A program made the translations under genes and the position numbers. This document shows, in pieces, positions 54,833-62,901 of a DNA stretch of 64,000 nt. Source of the DNA: an uncultured virus (IMG/VR IMGVR_UViG_3300036406_001455). Lineage: Duplodnaviria; Heunggongvirae; Uroviricota; Caudoviricetes. The stretch lies in IMG/VR virus record IMGVR_UViG_3300036406_001455, one strand, 5' to 3'. Below the pieces are notes generated by a model. That model made no database searches. It saw nothing but the letters and a program-made list of their open reading frames with translations, and was not told the DNA's origin. Every line of letters begins with the position of its first letter. The stretch's first letter is position 1.

Positions 54833-55273
54833 ATGTCACGCATCAATCGCCGGCTTGTACTCGCGGAACACTTCGGCTGCGACTACGCCGACCTGTCCGA
54901 CGCCCGCTACCAGAGCAGCCGCTTCGTCAAGGTGCCCGTGTATGTGGGCGGCAACGACTACTGGTGCGTCACCCGCGGCGGCGAACTGCCACCGACAGCC
55001 CCCGATGCCGGCGCAAACGCCGGGAGTCCCATGGGCTGGGCGTGGGAAGCACTGCCCGCGGATGTCTGGCCGCTGCCGAGGTACAGCCAGCAACTCACCA
55101 TCTGGCGGGCGCGAGGTTCTTCGAGCCGTCGCTCGGGTCAGCACGCCCCGATGGTGTTGGCCAGGGCGGTGCGTCGCACCTCGATGTCGCGCAGCCGCGT
55201 AGCGCGGGCGGGTGACTCGGGCTCCAGCATGCAGCGGTCAAACGCGCGGTCGCACATGCGAATGGCGCGATGA
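54833..55273 (+). CDS. Hypothetical protein
   Basis: High-GC3 5' portion; the 3' end overlaps a minus-strand ORF. Confidence 0.55.
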   Translation: MSRINRRLVLAEHFGCDYADLSDARYQSSRFVKVPVYVGGNDYWCVTRGGELPPTAPDAGANAGSPMGWAWEALPADVWPLPRYSQQLTIWRARGSSSRRSGQHAPMVLARAVRRTSMSRSRVARAGDSGSSMQRSNARSHMRMAR

Positions 55274-55375
55274 ACGTGCGCTGTGGTCATCGTCCGATAC
55301 ATCTTGCCGTAGGGTCGGAAATACACGCGACGGAACGGGGGGTAGACAGGCTGAGGCATCAGGGCGTCTCGCTGC

Positions 55376-55675
55376 TCATCGCGTACACCAACCGAACCTG
55401 TCGTCGAAGTAGCGCCCGCGCAGGTAATGCACCAGCGCCTCTGCGGCCTCGGCCTTCGTGGCGTACACGTCGTTGCCACCCTCGCGGCTCTCGGCGTTCA
55501 CGAATGTCCACGAGGGCCGCCCAGGCACCTCGCGGGTGCACACAATCCATCGGGTGTTGGTGCGCCTGTTGTCATGCTCATAGACGCCAGGCGCGATGCG
55601 ACGCAGGTACAACCTGCTGGTCGTGAGCGCCGTGTCGTTTGACGCAAATGCCCGCCGTGTATGGGTGTCTTTCAT
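55376..55675 (-). CDS. Hypothetical protein
   Basis: Coupled; YATKAEA motif. Confidence 0.65.
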   Translation of the reverse strand: MKDTHTRRAFASNDTALTTSRLYLRRIAPGVYEHDNRRTNTRWIVCTREVPGRPSWTFVNAESREGGNDVYATKAEAAEALVHYLRGRYFDDRFGWCTR

Positions 55676-56295
55676 GGTGCCTCGCGATCTGCACGTTCTG
55701 CAAGGCGGTTGAAAGCGGCCAGCGTGGCCGGTGCGTGCGCGCCCAGATAGGCCCTGATGCGCTTCTGGTTCGCGCCGGCTTTCAGCATCTCGACGATGTC
55801 ACCCTCGTCTCGGGCGCGGCCTGCGGCCAGTTTCATGCCTACGAGGACTTCTACGGGCGCGGCGCGTAGGCTCGTGGCTCCACGGGCCTGTTCCAATGCG
55901 TAGGCTTCGCCGGCTGTGCGCGGCGACAGGTAATCGACGGCCACGCGCTTGACCGCGGGGAACGGGATGCCGTCTCGCATACCGGCCACCAGGCCGCTGG
56001 GTGTCACCCTGAATGCTTCATCCGCCACCAAGAAATCCGCGTCCTTCGTCGCGCGCGGGTATCCTCGGGCGCCCACGCCCAGCCCACCTACCAGCAAGTG
56101 CGGGATGCCTTGCGCCTGCAGCGCAGCATGCACCGTGAGTGCGGCGTGTCTCACGTCCGCGGGTACAGCTGCGAGCGCTGCGCGCACGCCTTTCGGCTTA
56201 GGGTTGCGCTTGAGTGAAGATCGCATGTGGACGCCGGTCAACATGGGGGCGAACGGTCGCGGCGCAGCGGAACCTGGTGTGCTGCGCCGTTTCAC
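55672..56295 (-). CDS. Pol-beta-superfamily nucleotidyltransferase (AbiEii/MenT-like)
   Basis: LVGGLGV...GYPRATKDADFLV...MKLAAGRARD..DI. Confidence 0.8.
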   Translation of the reverse strand: MKRRSTPGSAAPRPFAPMLTGVHMRSSLKRNPKPKGVRAALAAVPADVRHAALTVHAALQAQGIPHLLVGGLGVGARGYPRATKDADFLVADEAFRVTPSGLVAGMRDGIPFPAVKRVAVDYLSPRTAGEAYALEQARGATSLRAAPVEVLVGMKLAAGRARDEGDIVEMLKAGANQKRIRAYLGAHAPATLAAFNRLAERADREAP

Positions 56296-56654
56296 ATCAT
56301 CCTCTGGATGTAGCCTTGCACCTCGTTGTCAGCCCAGCCCCACTCTTCAGCGTCAAAGTCAAGAGGCCGTACAACCGGGACCACCGAGGAGTAGGCTACG
56401 CGGCCGTAGCCAGAGCGGTCCGTGTAGCTGTCAATGCGGATAGCGGAGGGCCTGACGCTCAGCCTGGTGGCCAGTGCGTCGAGGTCAACGTCGCCGTAGA
56501 GCTTCCCGCGTACCGTGAACGCGTTGCCTGTTAGCCCCCGACCTGCCGCCGCCAGCTTCTTCCACTGACTTGCAGTTGCAGACCACCAAGCGCCGTTCTG
56601 CGTGATGTACGCCACGACCTTGCGCGGGTTGCTGACACGGGGCTTGCGCTTCAC
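56292..56654 (-). CDS. Hypothetical protein with a basic N-terminal SNP motif
   Basis: MKRKPRVSNPRK...; coupled. Confidence 0.7.
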   Translation of the reverse strand: MKRKPRVSNPRKVVAYITQNGAWWSATASQWKKLAAAGRGLTGNAFTVRGKLYGDVDLDALATRLSVRPSAIRIDSYTDRSGYGRVAYSSVVPVVRPLDFDAEEWGWADNEVQGYIQRMM

Positions 56655-57265
56655 ACCCGTTCCGTAACTCGTTGGCCTTCAGGTGTCAGCACGATGGGCG
56701 CATCCCACTTCGTACCGTCGCGGATCAGCCAGCCATGGCGTTCCATGGCCTTGAGCGTTCCTGGTGCGGTGTACCAGAACGGGACATCAACACCCATGTT
56801 TTGATGCGACACACCAACGCTGGGCGCAGTCCAGAAGCCGCCCTTGCGGTACTGCACGGTCGTGTCGCCGCTTTCGCTGAGAAGCCGGAGGACACGCGCT
56901 TGCTCGGCTGTGGGCTTTGGTGCGGCTCTCGGGTTTCGCACGGGGGTCGGGGCGTATGGGTGTGCCGACGCCCCCGTTACCACTCGCTCCGCCGGGCGGG
57001 TGTCCAGGGTGAAGCCGTAGCGGCTCCGGGGCCCAAGAGCGCCATCGAGGTCTTCAAGGTAGCGCAGAAGTCGCTTTTTCACGTCAACGAATGTTCTGGC
57101 CTGCGCAACAGAAACAAACGGCGGCTCGGTCCCGTACGCCACCCACCGTGTGTACGCCACGGAGCCGTCGCGAGCGTTCCATGTCCTGCCCGTCTCCTTC
57201 CGGACGCCGATGGGCGCCCCGACGACGCGGTAGAGCCCCGGGTCTATCTTCTTTAGGTCAAGCAC
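56651..57265 (-). CDS. Two-domain hypothetical protein with C-terminal wHTH-like domain
   Basis: TAGAGT 6 nt before the GTG; VRNP linker; TLKAMERHGWL...LTPEG. Confidence 0.7.
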   Translation of the reverse strand: MLDLKKIDPGLYRVVGAPIGVRKETGRTWNARDGSVAYTRWVAYGTEPPFVSVAQARTFVDVKKRLLRYLEDLDGALGPRSRYGFTLDTRPAERVVTGASAHPYAPTPVRNPRAAPKPTAEQARVLRLLSESGDTTVQYRKGGFWTAPSVGVSHQNMGVDVPFWYTAPGTLKAMERHGWLIRDGTKWDAPIVLTPEGQRVTERV

Positions 57266-57316
57266 ACGCGTACTCTACCGCAGCGCATGCCAACCTGCAA
57301 ACGCCGCGCGGCACCG

Positions 57317-57709
57317 CTACACCAAGCCCAGAACGCGTTCTGCCGCCACCTTCGCCTCCGCCAGCGTAGACCCGTCTTTGCAGGGGCGCATCGTAGGCAG
57401 ACTGTCACGAATCAGGGACCAAAACACCGGCTTGGTGCGATCCTTGACCCACCCGTGGCCCGCGCTACCCCAGCGCCCTGGGAAGTCACGGGTCAGCTCC
57501 GCGACAGGCTCGCCGTCGACCAGCAGCTCCCACGTGTCAGCTTCGCACTTCTGCCACCGGCGCTCGGACTTCAAGCACTTCTTGCACACGCTGGCGTCCG
57601 CGTAGACGCAAACATCGCCCTTCACGTTGACGTAGGTATCCTGCCGCTTGACGAACATCGGCGCACCGCAACCGTCGCAGCGGGTCTTGTATCGAATGCC
57701 CAAGCCCAT
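57317..57709 (-). CDS. Hypothetical zinc-ribbon protein
   Basis: CDGC...CKKC. Confidence 0.65.
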   Translation of the reverse strand: MGLGIRYKTRCDGCGAPMFVKRQDTYVNVKGDVCVYADASVCKKCLKSERRWQKCEADTWELLVDGEPVAELTRDFPGRWGSAGHGWVKDRTKPVFWSLIRDSLPTMRPCKDGSTLAEAKVAAERVLGLV

Positions 57710-58557
57710 CAGGAACTCCTGGGGCGATATGTAGCATCTTCCTGGTAGCGCGTCGTGGCTCGCGGTCGGAAGTTAGCTCCTCCTCCACCGGCGTAGCCTT
57801 CTCGACGCCCAACCTCGACGGTGCGCGCCACCGCCTCGACATGCCCCGCGGTCATTAGGTGGCGCAGGGCGGTAGCGACGGTCCGGCCAGAGAGCCCGGT
57901 GGCGTCTTCAATGCGTGATGCCCGGACAGAGTAGGCCGGGGCGAGGTGGCGGTTCCACATAGCGTACTCTCGCGCGTTGTCCTCCTCAATGACACGTTTG
58001 AGCGCAGCGAACACCTGAAGGTCGACGGCAGATAGCTTCGAGGTCCGCGGGTTCTGCGCTGCGTACGTGTCAGGCAGCAGTACAAGCCACTCTTTCTCCA
58101 CGTCGCCATGATCCAGATAGTCAACTACGCGGATGCCCCGGGCGCCTTTGGGCAACTCCCATACCCGCCCATGCCCACCCCTGTGCTTCCCTGCCCACAG
58201 CTGCGCTACGCGTCGATTGGTGGACCATGACTGCACACCTACCGGGGCCTCGTGCGACCCCCGAAACAGCGTGTTCCCGCACTTTCTCGCGTCGTGCGTC
58301 AGCGCGTACAGAAGCGCCGCAGCCTGCGCGCGTTTCTGCTTGCCGCTTCCGGACCCGGGTTGCGCCGCATCTTTCCTCTCGTCCTGCATGTGCAAGACCA
58401 TTTCGATTGGATCAGCCTTCCAGGAGTGAACTGCTGCTGTCACAAGGGCTCGATGCTCCTGGCGCCAACGCGGCGCCGCGCCCGAGCGGTCCCACTCGCC
58501 ACGCCCCGGCGCGCCGGCCTCCGGGCTGTATGGCCTTGGGTTGCGTTTGCGGGGCAT
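57709..58557 (-). CDS. R-S-E-type ADP-ribosyltransferase-like domain fused to a wHTH
   Basis: TLFRG, QSWST and EKEWLV; then IEDATGLSGRTVATALRHL...G.V. Confidence 0.7.
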   Translation of the reverse strand: MPRKRNPRPYSPEAGAPGRGEWDRSGAAPRWRQEHRALVTAAVHSWKADPIEMVLHMQDERKDAAQPGSGSGKQKRAQAAALLYALTHDARKCGNTLFRGSHEAPVGVQSWSTNRRVAQLWAGKHRGGHGRVWELPKGARGIRVVDYLDHGDVEKEWLVLLPDTYAAQNPRTSKLSAVDLQVFAALKRVIEEDNAREYAMWNRHLAPAYSVRASRIEDATGLSGRTVATALRHLMTAGHVEAVARTVEVGRREGYAGGGGANFRPRATTRYQEDATYRPRSS

Positions 58558-58934
58558 CAGCCCATCTCCGGCATATCGAAGGTCGCACGTATCGTCGGCA
58601 CGTCGTCGAAACGGCTGGGAGATGGGCTGACCCACGGCGTAACTCGGGCTGTGCTTCCGTCTGCCCACCTCACATAGAATCGGCCATTGCGCAGCGCCAC
58701 CGCCCGACCCTCCGGCACAAAGTTGCCCTTGGCGTCAACCCACGAGCCGACGAAAACTGCCCCCTGTAGCGCCCCGCCCAGCACCGCCACGGCCTTTACC
58801 ATCGCAACCAGCCTCGCCGGGCTGCCCACGTCCCGCGCTATCCTCATCGTCGCCCCTTCCGCCAGTGCGACGTAACCTCGGGATGCGTGGTTGCCGAGAG
58901 CGATGTAAGCCTCCCGTAACGGCCCTCGGCCCAC
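58557..58934 (-). CDS. Hypothetical protein (start probably near 58847)
   Basis: TGATG coupling at the 3' end. Confidence 0.5.
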   Translation of the reverse strand: MGRGPLREAYIALGNHASRGYVALAEGATMRIARDVGSPARLVAMVKAVAVLGGALQGAVFVGSWVDAKGNFVPEGRAVALRNGRFYVRWADGSTARVTPWVSPSPSRFDDVPTIRATFDMPEMG

Positions 58935-59110
58935 GCTCGCGCTTCCGCCTTCGTGGGAAACGCGTCACCTGCGGCCGCGGAGTAGGTTGAGACAATGTCA
59001 AACGCCGCCCACACATCAACGTCCCACTCGCCACGAAGGCGCCCAGGGCGAGGCGTACGCTCGTACACGCTGATACGAACCGTGTCCTTGGCGTCGCGGT
59101 AGACGATCAC
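58844..59110 (-). CDS. Hypothetical protein
   Basis: GTGA-coupled; FPTKAEA motif. Confidence 0.6.
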   Translation of the reverse strand: MIVYRDAKDTVRISVYERTPRPGRLRGEWDVDVWAAFDIVSTYSAAAGDAFPTKAEARAWAEGRYGRLTSLSATTHPEVTSHWRKGRR

Positions 59111-59328
59111 CGCCGCCCTCGCGGGTTGCCATACGCGTCGTCCAGCTCCACGCTGCGGTACCGCAGGCGCGAACGCTCCAGCTTGGCTTCGCGGTTCAAC
59201 TTTGCAACGTATGCTCGCCATTCCTTGTCAGTGTCAAGGTTCGGCTGATCCCAGCAGGGCTCCCATTCAGTGAACCATCCATCACCGATGTCCTGCCGCT
59301 CTTGAAGCTGACGATACGCGGCGATCAA
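59107..59328 (-). CDS. Hypothetical protein
   Basis: Coupled; ends YGNPRGRR. Confidence 0.6.
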   Translation of the reverse strand: MIAAYRQLQERQDIGDGWFTEWEPCWDQPNLDTDKEWRAYVAKLNREAKLERSRLRYRSVELDDAYGNPRGRR

Positions 59329-59930
59329 ACAAACTCCTTCGCGACCACGCTGCTGCGCCCCGAACGAGAGTCCCAGCCGTCCAGCACCAGGCCCTGCTTC
59401 TTCAGCCGCGCAAGCGCGCTCTTCACCAGGGAGCGCTGAGTGGGCTTGTAGTAGGTCGCCTTCTCAGCCAAGGGAGTGAGTGTGTCACCCCCGCCGAACG
59501 CCTCTGCATCGCCACGACGCCACGTCCAGCTGTGGTTGTTGAACAGGTCTTCATGCAGCCAGTCCGGGCCAGCGCCAGCAGCGCGGTACTCTCGGATCAC
59601 GGAGAGCAAGGCGGCGTCCAGGGCCTTCTGCTCCCACGTCGCGAGCTTCCCTTGACCAGCGCGCGCCTTCTGCGCCGTGCTGCGCCTGCTCTGATACGGC
59701 TCGCCCACGAACTCCCAGCTGTCGTTGTCGTTGGCCGAAAACCTGCTGTCGTAGCTGTTCTTGGGTGTCAGCCCGTAGACCTTGCCGTTGTGCTCCACGA
59801 ACACGAGTGTTCCCCCGTAGCTCTCCACCGGCTTTTTGCCCGTGTAGTGCTGTGCGCCTCCGCCGAACAGGCTGGTGCGCACGGACGTGCGCTCGTACTT
59901 GGTGGGCTTGTACTTGGCGGGAGTGGGCAT
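59325..59930 (-). CDS. Hypothetical protein with C-terminal wHTH-like domain
   Basis: TAAGGT 6 nt before the ATG; VKSALARLKKQGLV. Confidence 0.75.
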   Translation of the reverse strand: MPTPAKYKPTKYERTSVRTSLFGGGAQHYTGKKPVESYGGTLVFVEHNGKVYGLTPKNSYDSRFSANDNDSWEFVGEPYQSRRSTAQKARAGQGKLATWEQKALDAALLSVIREYRAAGAGPDWLHEDLFNNHSWTWRRGDAEAFGGGDTLTPLAEKATYYKPTQRSLVKSALARLKKQGLVLDGWDSRSGRSSVVAKEFV

Positions 59931-59978
59931 CGAGGCACCTTAGCTGATGATGGGATGCGTGACAACCGCGCGTCGGCG

Positions 59979-60497
59979 CTACTCGTCGCCCGCTGTGGCT
60001 TGCAACTCGGCGTTGTACTTGTCGGCCACATCCTTGGCGACTTTGCGATCCAACCAGTAAAGCATGTTGTTGTCGTAGTGCTTCGGCACGGCCGCTGCTT
60101 CCGCCAGGGAAGGCCCTGGCGCCTTGACATAGTACACGTTGTCCGAACCCCCGACCTTCATGCGATACAGCACCTTCGTGGCACCGGCTGAGCTGAAGAA
60201 GATGGCATGGCCATCTACGCAACCCACGTCCACCCGGATGCCCAGCACTTCAGCGCGGACCACGTCGACCACCACGAGCGTCTTGCTGGTGTGCAACTTG
60301 CCCGAACCCTTGCAGCGCGCGCAAGGGAGGGCGCGGATTTCGTGGTCCTTGTGCAACACTTCGAACATCCGCGCACCCTCGCAAGCGCCACAGACGAGGC
60401 CCACACGCTCTTTGCGAATCTTGTGCAGGTACACGAAGCTGCCGATGGCCAGCAGGTTGTCAATGTGCACCGTCGTGGTCTGGAGGTCAGTTGACAT
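59979..60497 (-). CDS. Hypothetical protein with a DnaJ-type zinc finger
   Basis: CGACEG...CARCKGSG. Confidence 0.7.
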   Translation of the reverse strand: MSTDLQTTTVHIDNLLAIGSFVYLHKIRKERVGLVCGACEGARMFEVLHKDHEIRALPCARCKGSGKLHTSKTLVVVDVVRAEVLGIRVDVGCVDGHAIFFSSAGATKVLYRMKVGGSDNVYYVKAPGPSLAEAAAVPKHYDNNMLYWLDRKVAKDVADKYNAELQATAGDE

Positions 60498-60498
60498 G

Positions 60499-60759
60499 TC
60501 AATCCTCGTTGGGGGTTGGCGCGGCGACTTCTCGGGCCAGGCGCGCGAGGTAGTCGCTACGGGTTTCGGCTCCGCGAGCGTTGTCGATCTGTGCCAGTTC
60601 GTCGTGGGTGACACGCACCTCGACACGGCAGGTCTTCTTGATGCCCGCTGGCAAAGGTGGGCGCCCCCTGACGGGCTCGCCCATGCCGTTACACGCCGGA
60701 CACTCGATGGGACCGACGTACAACAGGTCGCACTCGATGCAGCAGCGCCGGGTACTCAC
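60499..60759 (-). CDS. Zinc ribbon plus ribbon-helix-helix DNA-binding protein
   Basis: CIEC..CPAC; GRPP...RVEVRVT.DE...ID......RSDYL. Confidence 0.7.
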   Translation of the reverse strand: MSTRRCCIECDLLYVGPIECPACNGMGEPVRGRPPLPAGIKKTCRVEVRVTHDELAQIDNARGAETRSDYLARLAREVAAPTPNED

Positions 60760-61073
60760 GCGCAGCCCATCATGTCGTTGTACGCGTCGAGCCCGTGGGC
60801 CATGCCCGCCTCCGTCGCGATTTCGCGGCGCCACGAGATGTCCGCCTGCGCCTTGCGCCCGGCGTGCAGTTGTCGCTCCGCCTCGACGCCAGGGCCGACA
60901 ATCTCGATCCACAACTCCGCCGCGCTGTTCTCCGTGAGGCGCTTGACGTAGGCGCTGATGGTGGCGGGGTTGTTGTACGCGGCAAACGCGGCCGCGCCAT
61001 CGGCGAAGTCGCGGCCGGTCCAGCAGTCGTCGTTGGTGCCGGGCTTCGAGCCCCAGATGTTGACGGAAAACAT
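60756..61073 (-). CDS. Hypothetical early protein
   Basis: AAGGAG RBS; WGSKP...DDCWTG.DF...EIATEAGMAHG..AYND. Confidence 0.8.
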   Translation of the reverse strand: MFSVNIWGSKPGTNDDCWTGRDFADGAAAFAAYNNPATISAYVKRLTENSAAELWIEIVGPGVEAERQLHAGRKAQADISWRREIATEAGMAHGLDAYNDMMGCA

Positions 61074-61083
61074 GATGAACTCC

Positions 61084-61278
61084 TTACGGGTAACGGCGCT
61101 TACGGCCGTCGGGTGCGATGGCGGGTTTGCGGTTCTTCGGCGGAGGATCGTGCAGCAGCATCATGGTGCCGCATACGCACTTCGGCGGCAGCCAGACAGC
61201 ACCGCAGCGCGGACCGCCCAGGCAGTCGGCACGCCCCGAGGCGCCACACGCGGGGCAGACAGCGTTGCGTCGACTCAC
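61084..61278 (-). CDS. Small Cys-rich protein
   Basis: GTGA-coupled; CPAC...C...C...CVC. Confidence 0.5.
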   Translation of the reverse strand: MSRRNAVCPACGASGRADCLGGPRCGAVWLPPKCVCGTMMLLHDPPPKNRKPAIAPDGRKRRYP

Positions 61279-61781
61279 GAAGTCTTGACCATGGGCCAAG
61301 AGCCAACGATATGGGCGGCGCCCGCAACCTCGGCGGTGAGGAAGGCACGGTAGATGTCGCCGTAGGAAACCCCCTCCTCGGGGAACCCGTCGCGGTGGAG
61401 CTTGTTCAGCTTGTTGACCAGCCCGGCGTCCGGCTTGCAGCCGAGGAAGGTCGCGATGACCAAGGTTTCGGTGGACTGAAGGTCGAGAAGGTTGACCACC
61501 TTCCCCGGGACGCGCACGCACCACGCGCCGTGGGCGTGGCCTACGAGCACGGCATCACGGCCGTCACGGTAGATCGCAACGTCGCCGTCGGTGTTCGCGC
61601 GCAACACGAGGTCTCCGAACTCCGCGGACAGCTCGTTCACGGTGGGCTCCTCGCCCATCGCGGTCTGGTCGGGAGCAAAACCGTTGCCCTCATCGTTGCT
61701 GCGCATCCACAAGCGAAGCGCCTCGCGGCGAAGGTCGTTGACGCTGTCGAGGGCGAAGAGGTCGGTGGCGTTCATTGGCAT
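61275..61781 (-). CDS. Hypothetical early protein
   Basis: First ORF after the strong promoter; high GC3. Confidence 0.75.
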   Translation of the reverse strand: MPMNATDLFALDSVNDLRREALRLWMRSNDEGNGFAPDQTAMGEEPTVNELSAEFGDLVLRANTDGDVAIYRDGRDAVLVGHAHGAWCVRVPGKVVNLLDLQSTETLVIATFLGCKPDAGLVNKLNKLHRDGFPEEGVSYGDIYRAFLTAEVAGAAHIVGSWPMVKTS

Positions 61782-61817
61782 CCTTGCGGGTTGTTGCAGG
61801 TTCGTTCCTGCCCCACA

Positions 61818-61846
61818 AGATTAGCCGCCGGCTCATAAGGCGTCAA
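61818..61846 (-). promoter_or_regulatory. Strong sigma70-type (early) promoter
   Basis: TTGACG-17 nt-TAATCT with an A-rich upstream segment. Confidence 0.8.
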
Positions 61847-61945
61847 GGCACTTTCTTGATCTTTCTGCAAGATTGCGAAAAGGCGACGTTCAATGGCCAC
61901 TGTAAGGCGCCACACCCGCACCGCACCTTAGCTGCGACCCCGGCG

Positions 61946-62194
61946 TTACTCCTTGAACAGCAGCGCCCGTACAGCGGCGTCCTTGGCCTCCAAGAGCTTT
62001 CGCAACGCGACCGTGCGTTCCGGGTTCCGCGGCAGCGCGGCTTGCAAGGGGGCCGGGTTGTCGCCTCCCCCCGCGGCTTCACCGTAGACGATGGCGCGGG
62101 CCAACTCGTAGAACGGTTTGCTTACCGCCTGGAGATGCGGCGGCAGGTGGGCGTACGCGAAGAACTGGAGGATGGGTTCGTTCATGTGGTTCAT
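61946..62194 (-). CDS. Small helical-hairpin protein, possibly Acb2/Tad1-like
   Basis: FFAYAHLPPHLQAVSKPF..LA...LP.NPERTVALRKLLEAKDAAVRA. Confidence 0.65.
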   Translation of the reverse strand: MNHMNEPILQFFAYAHLPPHLQAVSKPFYELARAIVYGEAAGGGDNPAPLQAALPRNPERTVALRKLLEAKDAAVRALLFKE

Positions 62195-62209
62195 GCCTGG
62201 GGCTAACAC

Positions 62210-62656
62210 CTAAGCGGCGCGCCGGCTCGCGTTCAACTTACGGCGCCACGCGCCGTCCCACTGCGAGCGCCGGGGTGTCGCGTTCGCCGCCCGAAGGAAC
62301 GCGTCTTCGTCGGCCAGGAGCAGCAGCATGTGGGCCAACGCGACATCCGCCCGGGGCAGCTCGTGCGAAGCGTCGTGGTAGCAGTAGGCTGTCACGCCGT
62401 AGACACGCGCCCCGTGGCGCTCGGCACGGTGCGTTATGCCCCTGTACGGGTTGACACGGTACGCCGTACCCGATGCCGTGACGACGCAAACGAATCCTCG
62501 GTGGCGCAGCGTGGCGTGCTGCCGCGGGTCCAGGAAGGAGCGAAACAGCGTCATGGCTCGCCGCTGAGCCGCAGAGTTGCGTTTCACCTGACGCTGCGCG
62601 TACTCGCGAAAAAACTCGGACCACGCTGCGCTATCATCGCCCACGTGCGAGTCCAC
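62210..62656 (-). CDS. Conserved hypothetical partner of the GG-terminated protein
   Basis: RAMTLFRSFLDPRQ...GFV.V....G.AYRV...YCYHD...LP.AD..LAH.L.L..DE..FL..AN. Confidence 0.75.
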   Translation of the reverse strand: MDSHVGDDSAAWSEFFREYAQRQVKRNSAAQRRAMTLFRSFLDPRQHATLRHRGFVCVVTASGTAYRVNPYRGITHRAERHGARVYGVTAYCYHDASHELPRADVALAHMLLLLADEDAFLRAANATPRRSQWDGAWRRKLNASRRAA

Positions 62657-62658
62657 AG

Positions 62659-62901
62659 CTACCCGCCAGCCAAGGGGCGCAGCGCGATGTGCCTACGCGG
62701 TCGCGTGGATCTCCGCATCGCGGGCGATTGCACCCGCCGAATGGTCAACGCGCCCGGCTCGCCTTCGGCTTCGAAGAAGCTGTAGCCCTTGGCCTTGAGG
62801 TTGTCGATGATGCCTTGCGCCTCGGCAACTTCTTCGGGCTTGTCTGGATCCCAGCGGACGGTCGTGTGCCCCGACGCATCAGGAATCTCAAGGGTTTCCA
62901 T
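62659..62901 (-). CDS. 80-aa protein ending in Gly-Gly
   Basis: METLEIPDASGHTTVRWDPDKPEEVAEAQ...KGY...RPLAGG-stop. Confidence 0.8.
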   Translation of the reverse strand: METLEIPDASGHTTVRWDPDKPEEVAEAQGIIDNLKAKGYSFFEAEGEPGALTIRRVQSPAMRRSTRPRRHIALRPLAGG

